Source: an uncultured candidate division Zixibacteria bacterium (lineage in GTDB: Bacteria > Zixibacteria > MSB-5A5 > UBA10806). Taken from it: a stretch of DNA of 64,000 nt. A program made the translations under genes and the position numbers. This document shows positions 10,009-20,587 of the stretch, piece after piece. Numbering within the stretch: position 1 is the first letter of the stretch; the number at the start of each line of letters is the position of its first letter. The notes under the pieces are model-generated. The model had not been told where the DNA came from, ran no database searches, and saw only the letters and a program-made list of their open reading frames with translations. Location of the stretch: the NCBI GenBank assembly GCA_963817915.1, contig CAWFQL010000003.1, forward strand, positions 32,001 to 96,000, given 5' to 3'.

Positions 10009-11688
10009 CTACTTCAATAACACTAATTTTCTTACGTTACTTTCGGTGCCAACGCTAAGGCGGCAAAAATATATGCCCGATGGCACGTCATTGGCATTCC
10101 ATATCACAGAATGCTCGCCCGCGGCCTGAGTACCTTCCGCTAATGTTGCGATATGGCGACCAAGTATGTCGTAGATCTTCAATGTAACATCTGAATTATC
10201 GGCAATGCTATATTTAATTGTCGTAGAGGCGTTGAAGGGGTTGGGGTAGTTGGGGAAGAGATTGAATCCGGTGGGCAGCAAATTAGGATCGTCTTCGATC
10301 CCAACTATGTTGGCAACAAGATGGCAAATTTGGATGGTATTCCCACTGTCGGATCGGGAAACAACAATCTCGTCTTCTCCGTCGAAATCCAAATCAAAAA
10401 TGTTGTTGAGAGCCGTATTTTGATCAATAATTATTGCGGATTGCAATCCATTTGAACCATTATAAGTCATTGGGTTAAAATACCTGGCCATGATCTGGGG
10501 CTCATTGAAATGGATTGAGGAATGGTAAATTCCTGATATTTCTAAAGTATATGTGAAAAACCTAGTAGACCATAGCGGCGCAAGTCCCGGAAATGATTTT
10601 AAAAAGATACTGTCGGGTGATGTGAAGCAAATCTCCTCTCCAGAATTAGTCTGTGATATTTCCCCAGTAGTGAGACTTAGTATCTCGTATTCCTGACGGC
10701 CTGAGGGTGTAAATCCCGTATAGCTCCAAACTTGCTGTGGCGCTCCCACGACATCAGCCGAAACTAACCTTAAATCCATCGAATTTTGACTGTACGAGTT
10801 GCTGCCATATACCATTGACCTATAATGCTCTACGGACTTAGAAATAGAGCAATAATATGTTGAACCATCGATTTGCTTCAAATTACCTGAAATAAATTGC
10901 CCTGCGCCGCGATAGGCCGTTATTCCTAGATTCGCACCATTTACCATAATAATTGCGCCGTTTTTCCGTAATACATAACTGGTCCTGAATGGATCTTCAG
11001 GGAGATACAAGGTGCTTTGCCTGCTGGTGAAAATCAGAATTTTGGATACAATTCCATTATTGCCTGATAAGGGTTCTATATTCACCCTTACCGGGTCTTC
11101 ATTACAATTATAATCACTGCTATAACTACCATCTACCAGAAAGAAGGCCGAACCGCCAAAATTGAAATCAGGGCCATCGTATACATTAATCCAAGCGGTG
11201 TCCTGCGCGTCGCTATTCCTCAGAGGTTCACGCCAAACAAAAACTATATCTTTATAACCATCTGAATTTCTATCCCCTAAACCAAAAATAGCATTTCCAG
11301 GCAAGCTTGGACTTGTCCAGATAAGCTGAGAATGGATTATATCGAATACTCTTAGACAATTATTATCCCTTATCACCAGATCAATATCGCCGTCATTATT
11401 CATATCTTGAAAATTATCCTGCGAGCGGGGAAAAAAATGCGGCCCTGACAATTCTGGACTGATCCAAATTGATGTTCCTTCAGGATAAGAATACACGTAA
11501 ACATGAGAGTTACCGACGGCAACCAATTCGGGAGAGTTGTCATTTTGAAAATTGACAGAATAATACTGCCTGATGTTTTCCTGAACTGATATCGTATTAA
11601 TCGTTGACAGCCTCAGCGAGTCTACCTGTGCCAAGGCCGTTACGCAAAAGGCCAAAACAACCCCGATTACAATGGCTATATTTCTCAT
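10009..11688 (-). CDS. Secreted protein with FG-GAP-like motifs and T9SS sorting domain
   Basis: Signal peptide; DMNNDGDID and DFDGEDE motifs; PNYPNPFN...KLVLLK C-terminus; TTGACT-N16-TATATT promoter at 11762-11789. Confidence 0.8.
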   Translation of the reverse strand: MRNIAIVIGVVLAFCVTALAQVDSLRLSTINTISVQENIRQYYSVNFQNDNSPELVAVGNSHVYVYSYPEGTSIWISPELSGPHFFPRSQDNFQDMNNDGDIDLVIRDNNCLRVFDIIHSQLIWTSPSLPGNAIFGLGDRNSDGYKDIVFVWREPLRNSDAQDTAWINVYDGPDFNFGGSAFFLVDGSYSSDYNCNEDPVRVNIEPLSGNNGIVSKILIFTSRQSTLYLPEDPFRTSYVLRKNGAIIMVNGANLGITAYRGAGQFISGNLKQIDGSTYYCSISKSVEHYRSMVYGSNSYSQNSMDLRLVSADVVGAPQQVWSYTGFTPSGRQEYEILSLTTGEISQTNSGEEICFTSPDSIFLKSFPGLAPLWSTRFFTYTLEISGIYHSSIHFNEPQIMARYFNPMTYNGSNGLQSAIIIDQNTALNNIFDLDFDGEDEIVVSRSDSGNTIQICHLVANIVGIEDDPNLLPTGFNLFPNYPNPFNASTTIKYSIADNSDVTLKIYDILGRHIATLAEGTQAAGEHSVIWNANDVPSGIYFCRLSVGTESNVRKLVLLK

Positions 11689-11828
11689 AAATCCTCCTCG
11701 ATACGATAGTTTCCAGGAATCGATTTAAGGCAGTTCTTGCCGAGCACCCTTTAATGGAATAAATATACTGAATCTATGGGTTTAGTCAAGATATTTGTCC
11801 ATATTTAGGCGGGTTAGAAAAAGATAAC

Positions 11829-11915
11829 GATCTCTCGAAACTGGGCTTGCGCGCGATGCTCTGCGGCGCCTTCGCCAGCTGGACCACCTGCTGTATTGCC
11901 GGGATTTTGCTGTAA
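11829..11915 (+). repeat. Recoded duplicate of the last 28 codons plus stop of nupC (9911..9997)
   Basis: 77/87 nt identical. All 10 differences are synonymous; both copies read DLSKLGLRAMLCGAFASWTTCCIAGILL*. Confidence 0.9.
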
Positions 11916-11931
11916 AAAGCTTGATGGCTTC

Positions 11932-12876
11932 TTAATGATAATCCGAATACAGTGTATCCGCGAATGCGTTGAAATACGGGTCGTTTGTGAGTAGTGTCAA
12001 ATGTCTTAAAAGCGCGGTTACAAGACTATGATAGTCGGCATATTGGAATGAGAATCTGAGATCATAGTGTGATATACCGCCAGGAACTCTCCAATGACCG
12101 GCATAGTGCGCAATCGTTGTACAGGCCCCCCTGAAAAGCATAAGACATCTGGAATCATGGCTTATATGATAATAATCATGTAAACCAATTATAGCTGCCA
12201 TGAATCCATTAAAAACATGATTTGGAGGATGAAAAGGGTATTCTTCTATCCAATAATAACCTGCAGAATCGACAAATGTTATCCATGCGTTAGACGATGA
12301 ATCCATATAGAGAAAAGTATTAAAAACGCTGTCCGCTAAGGATTTCATTGTATCATCGCCGGTTATTTCATATGTTCGTGAATATAAAGAGAGAACAAGA
12401 CCCTGGGCAAATCCTGAATACCATGGGGCCACCATAACATCATTTGTTTGGCCATCATGAAGGGCATAGTTAAATGGGTAAGGTGCATAAATACCGCCAT
12501 GATATCGATCGCCCAGTACGGCTAATTTTTCACAATAACTATTAACCCTGTCCAAATAACGCTGATCATGATTTATTCTATAGCTATTTAAATAAAAAAG
12601 TCCATGGTTGGCTATATTAAAGGGGTGATAATAATATTGATTGTTGTAATATGATAACACTATGTTTTCCGCGTCGTGAGCAAAATTATCGACATAGTTG
12701 AGCGATTCTGAGTGAGTATACCACCTTTGCGACCAATCGAGATTTGCATTTATATTATAGTCATTATATTTAAATTCCATATCTGGGATATCGATCGATT
12801 TTGACGGACGATCAGATGTGCAACCTGCAGTTATTATCAACATTAGCGGCAAAAGGAATTTGCGAATATTCATCAT
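11932..12876 (-). CDS. Lipoprotein, D-glucuronyl C5-epimerase C-terminal (alpha/alpha toroid) family
   Basis: Lipobox ITAGC; PWYSGFAQG, WIEEYP, HVFNGF..IIGLHDY and SHYDL...YH motifs. Confidence 0.75.
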   Translation of the reverse strand: MMNIRKFLLPLMLIITAGCTSDRPSKSIDIPDMEFKYNDYNINANLDWSQRWYTHSESLNYVDNFAHDAENIVLSYYNNQYYYHPFNIANHGLFYLNSYRINHDQRYLDRVNSYCEKLAVLGDRYHGGIYAPYPFNYALHDGQTNDVMVAPWYSGFAQGLVLSLYSRTYEITGDDTMKSLADSVFNTFLYMDSSSNAWITFVDSAGYYWIEEYPFHPPNHVFNGFMAAIIGLHDYYHISHDSRCLMLFRGACTTIAHYAGHWRVPGGISHYDLRFSFQYADYHSLVTALLRHLTLLTNDPYFNAFADTLYSDYH

Positions 12877-12936
12877 TCATTCTCCCTTTTGGATTTAAAG
12901 CTCAGGATTTGCATCCTTATGGCCTGTTTTTATATA

Positions 12937-12952
12937 AGCAAGCCGGTCGCCA
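12937..12952 (-). promoter_or_regulatory. sigma54 -24/-12 promoter candidate
   Basis: Minus strand TGGCGACCGGCTTGCT matches TGGC-N7-TTGCW, 60 bp upstream of the epimerase start. Confidence 0.45.
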
Positions 12953-13020
12953 GATGCAATAAAAAAACTTGACATTTAGGCCTAAATCAATAAGTTGGAC
13001 TTCCGATAGAGTTATTGAAT

Positions 13021-13093
<73 letters not shown>

Positions 13094-13111
13094 TTTTTTT
13101 TATATAGATTA

Positions 13112-13207
13112 TAGCCTCAGCTGATGGAGTTCGGCAGTCGCCGGATTAATCACTGGGTCGCTGGCTGAAAGTCCGGCTTTCGACGGATTCGAATCCGGCC
13201 CGGGGAG
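13112..13207 (+). pseudogene. Degenerate tRNA-Asn copy with two short palindromic insertions
   Basis: tagcctcagctgatggag...ttaatcactgggtcgctgg[23-nt insert]ttcgaatccggcccggggag matches the tRNA 3' two-thirds. Confidence 0.85.
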
Positions 13208-13285
13208 TTTTTTTTTACTCCATAAATAAATTAATCAGAAAATTTAAAAGTGGAATATGCGAGTAGTTGGAAATATAATTAGAAG

Positions 13286-13834
13286 ATGCTGCTCCCAACT
13301 CTAAAAGGTACTCATCTCTGTCTAAGGCCGCTTAAACGATCCGACATCCCGGCGCTGAAAAGGCAGGGAAACGACCAGACTATCTCGAGATTTATTCCAT
13401 CGATTCACTTCCCATATACTTCTGAAAATGCTCGCCGCTGGGTAAACCGCACATGTCGTTTGGCACGAAATGATTCGGCCTGCCAGTTGGGAATTGAGCT
13501 AATCGCCAAAAAAGGTATAATAGGCATGATGGGTCTAAAGAATCTCAACCGAGTCGACCGCAACGGAGAATTGGAGTATTGGCTGGGGCGTAGTTACAGA
13601 GGTCAGTCATACTCCTCGGAGGCTATGAAGTTAATGCTTGGATATGCATTTAACGATCTCTGTCTGCACCGTGTTTATGCGATAGTAGTTTCATCAAACG
13701 TGCCTTCCGTCAAATTGCTGGAACGGTTTGGTTTTAAGCGGGAAGCGGTATGGCGCGATGCTTCTTGGATGAACAAGAGCTGGCATGATGTTTATTGCTA
13801 TGGCCTGCTGGAGTCAGAAGCAGAGCGAGTATAA
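13286..13834 (+). CDS. GNAT N-acetyltransferase, RimJ/RimL family
   Basis: GELEYWLGRSYRGQSY, LHRVYA, NVPSVKLLERFGFKRE. Confidence 0.85.
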   Translation: MLLPTLKGTHLCLRPLKRSDIPALKRQGNDQTISRFIPSIHFPYTSENARRWVNRTCRLARNDSACQLGIELIAKKGIIGMMGLKNLNRVDRNGELEYWLGRSYRGQSYSSEAMKLMLGYAFNDLCLHRVYAIVVSSNVPSVKLLERFGFKREAVWRDASWMNKSWHDVYCYGLLESEAERV

Positions 13835-14027
13835 AAAATTCATGTTATCTATGAATAGAGAGTTGGATAATTCGCGAATTAAAGAGCCCGGGGAGTTTTT
13901 TTATCGCCAATAATTCTAATAAACAATTGACATCCATTGTATCCATATTTATATTTAGCCTATAAAAATATTAATCTTCCGTTTCTATAACGGGATTCCA
14001 TGAAACCATAACGTTTCTGGAGGATAC

Positions 14028-16121
14028 ATGAAAAGAACAGTTTTATTGGCAATCCTGCTAATATTGACAATTTATCCAATTGAGGGCCGAAGTGAAATCG
14101 ATCATATAAGCTCTACACTCATATCCGGGGATATAAATGGCCTAGCCTTTTCCGGAAACTATATCTATGGTACGGGGGAATATTCGCTTAAGATATTTGA
14201 TTTCTCCAACCCAGATACCCTGCAGCCAATATATATGCAAAGGCTTACTTACGAAACAGATCGGATTTTTGTTCACAATGGTTACGTCTATGTAGGACCG
14301 GAGCTTTATAGTTTAAGCAATGATGGTATTCCACGTTTTGTTCGGAATCTCGAATTGAACCCCGCAGATATGAGCTTTGTAGGCGATACCGCTTATGTTG
14401 GTACAATGGGCGACGGTTTTCATATTTATGATATTGCCGATCCGCAAAATCCGGTCGACCTCGGCAATTATTTAGGTGGTAATCTGGTTTGGATCGATTT
14501 TGTTGAAATCGTTGGCCAGTACGCCTATCTACCTGGCGGCGGCCTTTTAATACTAGATATATCTGATCCAGCGGAAATATCCTATGCAGGTCATTACGCA
14601 ATGGAAGAAGTACCGGTAAAATTATCAATAGAGGAAAATAAAGCTTTTGTCTCATGGTATCTTTATACTTACCCCTCCGGACATACTTATGGCATCGATA
14701 TCCTCGATATCTCCACGCCGACTTCGCCTCAATTAATCGAAAGACTGTCACTGGATAGAATGCCCTGCAATTTCTATCAATATAATAATTATCTATATGT
14801 ACTGAGCGATGGCATCCGAACATACAGAATTTACGATTGGGGACTTGATGAGGTTGGCCAATTCGGAATTTTCTCTAATGATTATTTTATCACAGGAAAT
14901 GAAGATCACATTTTCGTGGGGAATTCATATCAGCAGGATTTGGCTGCTATAAATGCATCCGATCCGGAGAGTCTTTACGTAGAAGCTTCATACTCAGGCC
15001 CAGGAAGTGTCCAAAAGGTTGAAGTTGTCGACGGGTATGCATACACCGCCTGCTGGCCATCTGGATTAAAAATTGTCGATGTCTCGAATCCATTATCTCC
15101 CAACCTGGTGGGCGGTTGTCAAATTCCAATACTTCCGAACGTAGAACTGTTCATCTCGCCTCCTCATGCCTTTTCTACAGGCGGATCAATAATAAATATA
15201 GCTGATCCTGACAGTCCGTATGTGGCTGTTACAGATAGTATTTTGATTGGCAATGATATTTTTGTAAAAGACAATTATGCATATGTTGGGGGAATTTTCG
15301 GCCTGAAGATCATTAATATTGTCGACCCGTTAAATCCTGCTCTAGTTACGCTGTTGCCCAATCTGGAAATCGTAAGTGATATCTTTGTTTCGGGGAATTA
15401 CGCCTATGTCACTTGTGATCGATACCCAAATTACAACATCAAGATATTTAATATAGGCGACCGATCCTCACTGGTGTTGGTTGCCCAGTTGGATTCTTCG
15501 CGTACCGCAATAGTAGTTGGCCAATATGCCTATTGCACCGGCGTGAATTCTTCGTTATCAATTTATAATATTGTCGATCCGGCCAATCCGCAGTTTGTCG
15601 GATCCTATGGAAATGGTGGTGTCGAAGATTTAGCTATAGGCGGCAATTATGCATACTTTTCTACCTCTGATAATTTTGGCGTTACGATGATTGATATTTC
15701 TGATCCAAGCAACCCGACAAACTTCGATGATTATCCGTTGCGTTACATAAATGACTTATTTGTCGCCGACGGATATATTTTTGTCGCAACCACACGATCG
15801 CTTGAAATACTGAGAAGAATCCCAACGGGAATTGAAGAGGATAAAAATGTCTTGCCATCATCCTTCAGCCTTTCCCAATCCTACCCCAACCCCTTCAACC
15901 CCTCCACCACAATCGAATACGATCTGATTAAAGACACCGATGTCACCCTGAATATCTACGATATCCTCGGCCGCAATGTCGCGACATTAGTCAATCAGAA
16001 ACAGCCCGCCGGCCGACATAATGCGATCTGGAACGCAGGTGCATATTCATCGGGCATATATTTCTACAGAATCCAGGCCGGCGATTATACCGAAACCAAG
16101 AAAATGGTGCTGATGAAATAA
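14028..16121 (+). CDS. LVIVD-repeat beta-propeller protein with T9SS sorting domain
   Basis: Repeats GNYAYV...GLKIVDVSNPLSP; QSYPNPFNP...KMVLMK; TTGACA-N17-TATATT promoter at 13927. Confidence 0.88.
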   Translation: MKRTVLLAILLILTIYPIEGRSEIDHISSTLISGDINGLAFSGNYIYGTGEYSLKIFDFSNPDTLQPIYMQRLTYETDRIFVHNGYVYVGPELYSLSNDGIPRFVRNLELNPADMSFVGDTAYVGTMGDGFHIYDIADPQNPVDLGNYLGGNLVWIDFVEIVGQYAYLPGGGLLILDISDPAEISYAGHYAMEEVPVKLSIEENKAFVSWYLYTYPSGHTYGIDILDISTPTSPQLIERLSLDRMPCNFYQYNNYLYVLSDGIRTYRIYDWGLDEVGQFGIFSNDYFITGNEDHIFVGNSYQQDLAAINASDPESLYVEASYSGPGSVQKVEVVDGYAYTACWPSGLKIVDVSNPLSPNLVGGCQIPILPNVELFISPPHAFSTGGSIINIADPDSPYVAVTDSILIGNDIFVKDNYAYVGGIFGLKIINIVDPLNPALVTLLPNLEIVSDIFVSGNYAYVTCDRYPNYNIKIFNIGDRSSLVLVAQLDSSRTAIVVGQYAYCTGVNSSLSIYNIVDPANPQFVGSYGNGGVEDLAIGGNYAYFSTSDNFGVTMIDISDPSNPTNFDDYPLRYINDLFVADGYIFVATTRSLEILRRIPTGIEEDKNVLPSSFSLSQSYPNPFNPSTTIEYDLIKDTDVTLNIYDILGRNVATLVNQKQPAGRHNAIWNAGAYSSGIYFYRIQAGDYTETKKMVLMK

Positions 16122-16218
16122 TTTTGTTGCGCGCCAGGGCTTGCCTGATCCGCCGACGATGGCAAGATACGGTTACGGCTAGCCGAGACTCGTAGAAAAC
16201 TGAACAATAGGAAAATTA

Positions 16219-17205
16219 ATGTCGAATAGCAAAAAAAAGCTATTTATAAGCCACGCCTCCGAAGACAAAGATGATTTCGTTAGACCGTTGGCCGAAACTT
16301 TATCGAAAGATTATGACGTTTGGTATGATGAATATAAGCTCAAAGTTGGCATGAGCCTGCTGCGCGAGATAAATAGGGGTCTCGTCGAATGCGACTACGG
16401 CATTGTAGTATTAAGCCCCTCTTTTTTTGCAAAAAAATGGCCTCAGGATGAATTAGATGGTCTTTACGCTCTTGAAGATAAAGATAGAAAAGTGATTTTG
16501 CCTGTATGGAAGGATATCGATTCTAATCGGCTAAAAAAGTATTCGCCTATTCTGGCCGGTCGTAAAGCTGCGCAGGCAGCCGATGGAGTTATCAAGGTAA
16601 CAGAAGATATCAAGAGAGCGATTGAATTTTTTAATATAGGAAATAAACCAAAAGAAGGACTCAATAAATTCTCAAACGCCTTACGAAAACAACAAGAGAG
16701 GATTAAATCAGAGGAGATAGTTAGGTCTTCTGCCGGCGTTCATATCGCTTATAAGGCCGCACGCGAAACAATCGATTTGATTGTAAGCCATGCCAACGCT
16801 CAGGATTCCCAAATCGGATCTGGACTATTAAGCGTCAGAGATAATAAAGATAATGGTCGCGATTGCTCTGTTAATCTTCTATGTTGGATTCGAAAATTAC
16901 TTTATATGTTTTATCACAATGGGATATTGACAATAGTGCATTATGATTCCGCCGTTTAACGAATTGAGCGTATCATGAAAGATCTTTGCGGAAATCGCCG
17001 ATCCGCCATGGGAAGAGAGTAAAGAAATATTCTCAGGATTGCAACAAAAAAGAATATGCATATCGGTATTCCATCTATGGTCAAGACTTGCAACCGATAG
17101 GGCCTTATGCTGTCAAATAATGACAATATGTATTCCCCGGATGAATTAGTTGATTATTGGCTGGGTCAATTTGCTGATTCAATGGATCCAGAAGATGTGC
17201 CGTAA
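16219..17205 (+). CDS. TIR-domain protein (TIR_2); C-terminal part broken by multiple indels after ~16880
   Basis: LFISHASEDK...VWYDE...GIVVLSPSFFAKKWPQDELDGL. A coding-like tail (MYSPDELVDYWLGQFADSMDPEDVP*) ends at 17205. Confidence 0.75.
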
Positions 17206-17391
17206 GGATTATCTATAAGTAACAGGAAGCTTTGATGATCGATAGTGTCCCCTTTTATAGAGAAGACCATGTTTTGCAGGATACCGGCCCTTCAGTTATT
17301 TTACTATGCCTTAGGGCTTGCCCTGACCACCAACAATGGTAAGATGCTGGTCACGGCAAGCCGTGACTCGCAAAAAAAATTGAGATATAAT

Positions 17392-17418
17392 AAAGGCGGG
17401 AGTGATTCCCGCCTTTTT
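17392..17418. terminator. Bidirectional intrinsic terminator
   Basis: aaaggcggga-gtgat-tcccgccttttt between convergent genes. Confidence 0.7.
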
Positions 17419-17442
17419 GTGTTACTCCACTCGCTCTAAAGT

Positions 17443-18778
17443 TTACGCCGCGGGTTTTATCCTGGCATCGTTATATACTGCGTCTTCGAGAGTGCCCTTG
17501 AGATAGGCATCGTAGGCGGCGAGATCGAAATGGCCATGGCCGCTCAATGTGAATACGATCGTCTTGGCCTCGCCCGTCTCTCTGCAACGAATCGCCTCAT
17601 CGATCGCCACCCTGATAGCGTGCGCGCTTTCCGGCGCGGGGATAATCCCCTCGGTATGCGCGAACTGCAATGCCGCCTCGAATACCGGGTTCTGCGCCAC
17701 CGCCACCGCCTCGATGACTTTCTCATCGTAGAGCAGGCACAATAGCGGCGCGTCGCCATGGTAACGGAGCCCGCCCGCGTGAATCGGCGCCGGGATAAAG
17801 TCATGTCCCAATGTGTGCATCTTCACCAACGGCGTCATGCCGACCGTGTCGCCGAAATCGTAACGATACTCGCCCTTGGTCAATGACGGACAGGCTGTCG
17901 GCTCGACCCCGATCAAACGGATATTTCGCCCGGCCAATTTGTCCGGCACGAATGGGAACGCCATGCCGCCGAAATTGCTTCCGCCGCCGACACATCCGAT
18001 AATTATATCCGGGTATTCGCCGATTTTCTCGAACTGCAGTTTGGTCTCCAGCCCGATTATCGATTGATGTAACAGCACATGATTCAGCACGCTTCCCAAT
18101 GAGTACTTGGTATCGTCATTCTTGGCGGCCACCTCGACCGCCTCGCTGATAGCGATTCCCAGGCTCCCCGGCGAATTCGGATCTTGAGCCAGGATCTGAT
18201 CTTCCGGCATCGGTCCTGTTTGTCGGGCTGGCGAATACTTCTGAGCCGTAGGTTTCCATCAGGATACGGCGGTACGGCTTCTGGTCGTAGCTGACTCGCA
18301 CCATATAGATCGAGCATTGCATCTTGAAAAGCTGGCAGGCGAAGGCCAGCGCACTGCCCCATTGCCCGGCGCCGGTCTCGGTTACGAGCCGTTTGACACC
18401 TTCGATCTTGTTATAATATGCCTGCGCGACTGCCGTATTTGGCTTGTGGCTCCCGGCCGGAGATACCGATTCATTCTTGAAATAGATTTTCGCCGGCGTA
18501 TCGAGGGCCTTCTCCAATCTTACCGCCCTATGCAGCGGAGTCGAACGCCATAATTTATAGACATCGAATACTTCCTCCGGAATATCGATAAACCGTTCGC
18601 GGCTGACCTCCTGCATAATCAGCCCCATCGGGAAAAGCGGCGCCAGATCGGCGGGGCCGATTGGCTGCATTGTCCCCGGATGGAGCGGGGGCGGCAATGG
18701 TTTCGGCAGGTCGGCCTGGACATTGTACCAGGCACGAGGCATTTCGCTCTCGTTCAGATAAATCTTCGTGTCTTTCAT
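17443..18778 (-). CDS. trpB2: TrpB2 (stand-alone tryptophan synthase beta-like PLP enzyme); one-base frameshift at ~18200
   Basis: [11 protein letters not shown] (PLP Lys), [50 protein letters not shown]. Split across ORFs 18116..18778 and 17443..18210. Confidence 0.92.
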
Positions 18779-18898
18779 GGCTTCTGCTCCTTTTGATGTT
18801 ATCAGTTAATGGTTTTCAATTTCCTTCAAATTCATTCCCTAAAGCAAAAAATCGCGGGCTTCATTCGTTCCCACGATCCAGGTTGGCATTATGCCAAT

Positions 18899-18933
18899 AA
18901 AAAAGGCGGGAACCGTTTAAAGGTATCCCACCT
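18899..18933 (-). terminator. Attenuator terminator of the trp leader
   Basis: Minus strand AGGTGGGA-TACC-TTTAAAC-GGT-TCCCGCCT-TTTTT. Confidence 0.8.
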
Positions 18934-18961
18934 GATTTTTTATTTTAATGCGGCGGGCTAC

Positions 18962-19021
18962 CTATGGAGTCCACCACCACCAATTGGCTGTAATTGTAAT
19001 CTTTTGGCTAAAATTCTTCAT
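18962..19021 (-). CDS. trpL: trp leader peptide MKNFSQKITITANWWWWTP
   Basis: 19-codon ORF with four tandem TGG codons directly upstream of a terminator and trpB2; TTGACA promoter at ~19060-19065. Confidence 0.85.
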   Translation of the reverse strand: MKNFSQKITITANWWWWTP

Positions 19022-19119
19022 AATCTTCACCGAAATCAAAATAATAATTATTCTCATTTTGTCAAGTCCTTTTTTCATTTTATGGCATAGATTGGCGACA
19101 ATTAGCCCCAAATTAGTGT

Positions 19120-19260
19120 AACCCTTGTCCCGGTACAAACGCCCAACTCACAGGCGGCAATACCCGTAACTCCGTAGTAGGTCGGCGTTTGAGGCCGTCT
19201 TCGGATGAAAACCCGACAACAAAGTTCGTAGGTCCGAACCCCTGCGGTTCGGACTTCTGA
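19120..19260. repeat. REP-like palindrome cluster
   Basis: gtaggtcggcgttt...aaacccgac and gtaggtccgaacccctgcggttcggac (19228-19254); the second family recurs at 26371, 43607, 44584 and 44737. Confidence 0.7.
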
Positions 19261-19359
19261 CTCGTGGCAAATGCCTTGACAAATTATTTCAATTCTATAG
19301 CTTTACTTCGTCTTGCTTAAAATAATAATCGTTTCTCAGTAGAAAGGATTCTCAAAAAG

Positions 19360-19692
19360 ATGACCATCATCCATAAATCCCTTGAAGGCGATCGCTGGAA
19401 TTCTATGACTCTCATGGAGCAGATGGGGAATGTCGGAAGTGATGTTGAACGGGCCATAAATTGGCGGGCCAAGGGCAACGAAAATTATGCGATGAAAGCC
19501 TTCGAACGCTCCCTGGAATTGCTGGATTTCACTATCAGAGACCCCAAAAATTTATCGAAATTAAAAGAGCTCAATCGGGTCAGAGAATTATGGGTTGATT
19601 ATTTCATGTATTCTAACGAATATAAATCCACAGCCGAATCCTGGAAAAAATACTTCTATGCCTTCGCCTACGCCGCAAGGAAGAATAGATAA
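19360..19692 (+). CDS. Small helical conserved hypothetical protein
   Basis: 110 aa, RBS AAGGA, own promoter (TTGACA 19277) and terminator (19718-19747). No recognised motif. Confidence 0.7.
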   Translation: MTIIHKSLEGDRWNSMTLMEQMGNVGSDVERAINWRAKGNENYAMKAFERSLELLDFTIRDPKNLSKLKELNRVRELWVDYFMYSNEYKSTAESWKKYFYAFAYAARKNR

Positions 19693-19802
19693 AATAAATT
19701 ACCGTTATCCTAAAATTAAAAAAGGCGGAATCACGCTGATTCCGCCAATATCATTTTCGCTAGAATAAGAATTTTTTAAGATTCTCAGGCACTGCCCGCT
19801 AA

Positions 19803-20267
19803 TTATTCCCCTTCCCCGAAATGCTTTTCGATGGACTTCAAAACCGAATCCCAGCCCCCGCTGTTCATCTCGAACGCCTCTTTGCGGCGCGCGGGGGATA
19901 GCTTATCGAATCCTGATTCCATTACATTAAGCATGGTTCCGCCGGGCGAATCCTTTAATTCAAATGAGATATGAGTCATCGCCTCTTCGGAATAATCATA
20001 GTTGGGATCTGCCGGGAATGGGTGCCAATTCCATGAAAATAAATTTTGCGGCACCATCTCATCAATTTCCATGGCAAATTTCATCTTTTCATATTCTTTG
20101 GCATTGACCTTACCGGTTATCTTGCCGCCCGGCTTGAATGTGCCCTTCATATCAACGCTAAACCATTCGCCAAATATCTTCGCGTTGGTCATATCACGCC
20201 AAACATTTTTTCTCGAGGCCCGCAAAAAGACCTTCCTCTCGATAGTATCAGTTATTGTCGCGATCAT
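19803..20267 (-). CDS. SRPBCC/AHSA1 (START-like) family protein
   Basis: IERKVFLRASRKNVW, FSWNWHP, GGTMLNVMESGF, GGW. Confidence 0.85.
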   Translation of the reverse strand: MIATITDTIERKVFLRASRKNVWRDMTNAKIFGEWFSVDMKGTFKPGGKITGKVNAKEYEKMKFAMEIDEMVPQNLFSWNWHPFPADPNYDYSEEAMTHISFELKDSPGGTMLNVMESGFDKLSPARRKEAFEMNSGGWDSVLKSIEKHFGEGE

Positions 20268-20587
20268 GATAAAAACTCCTTTGGCTAATCTTGCCCGCGC
20301 TCAACGTAATTTTAGGATTTCCGGCGCCCGCAAAATCCCTTTGGAATGCAATAAACCGAACGCAGATCGAGTATTGTTCCTATCCACTTTAACCATTCTA
20401 AATATGGCTTTTTCCCCATATATTGGAGTTATATCCCATTGAGCGTAAAGGCTAAAGACAGTTCTGCAAGCACAACTTATTGCCCCGCAAGCAATTTCAT
20501 TCTGAAACAAGACGTTCTCCCTTGGAATATAGATTGCGTCATTAAACTACGATGTTATTAGCTTCGAGAATTATTAAGGAGGGAGAT

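Noticed and set aside
9911..11915. Diversity-generating retroelement TR/VR pair
   Set aside because: Differences are synonymous and not adenine-specific, and there is no reverse transcriptase in the window.
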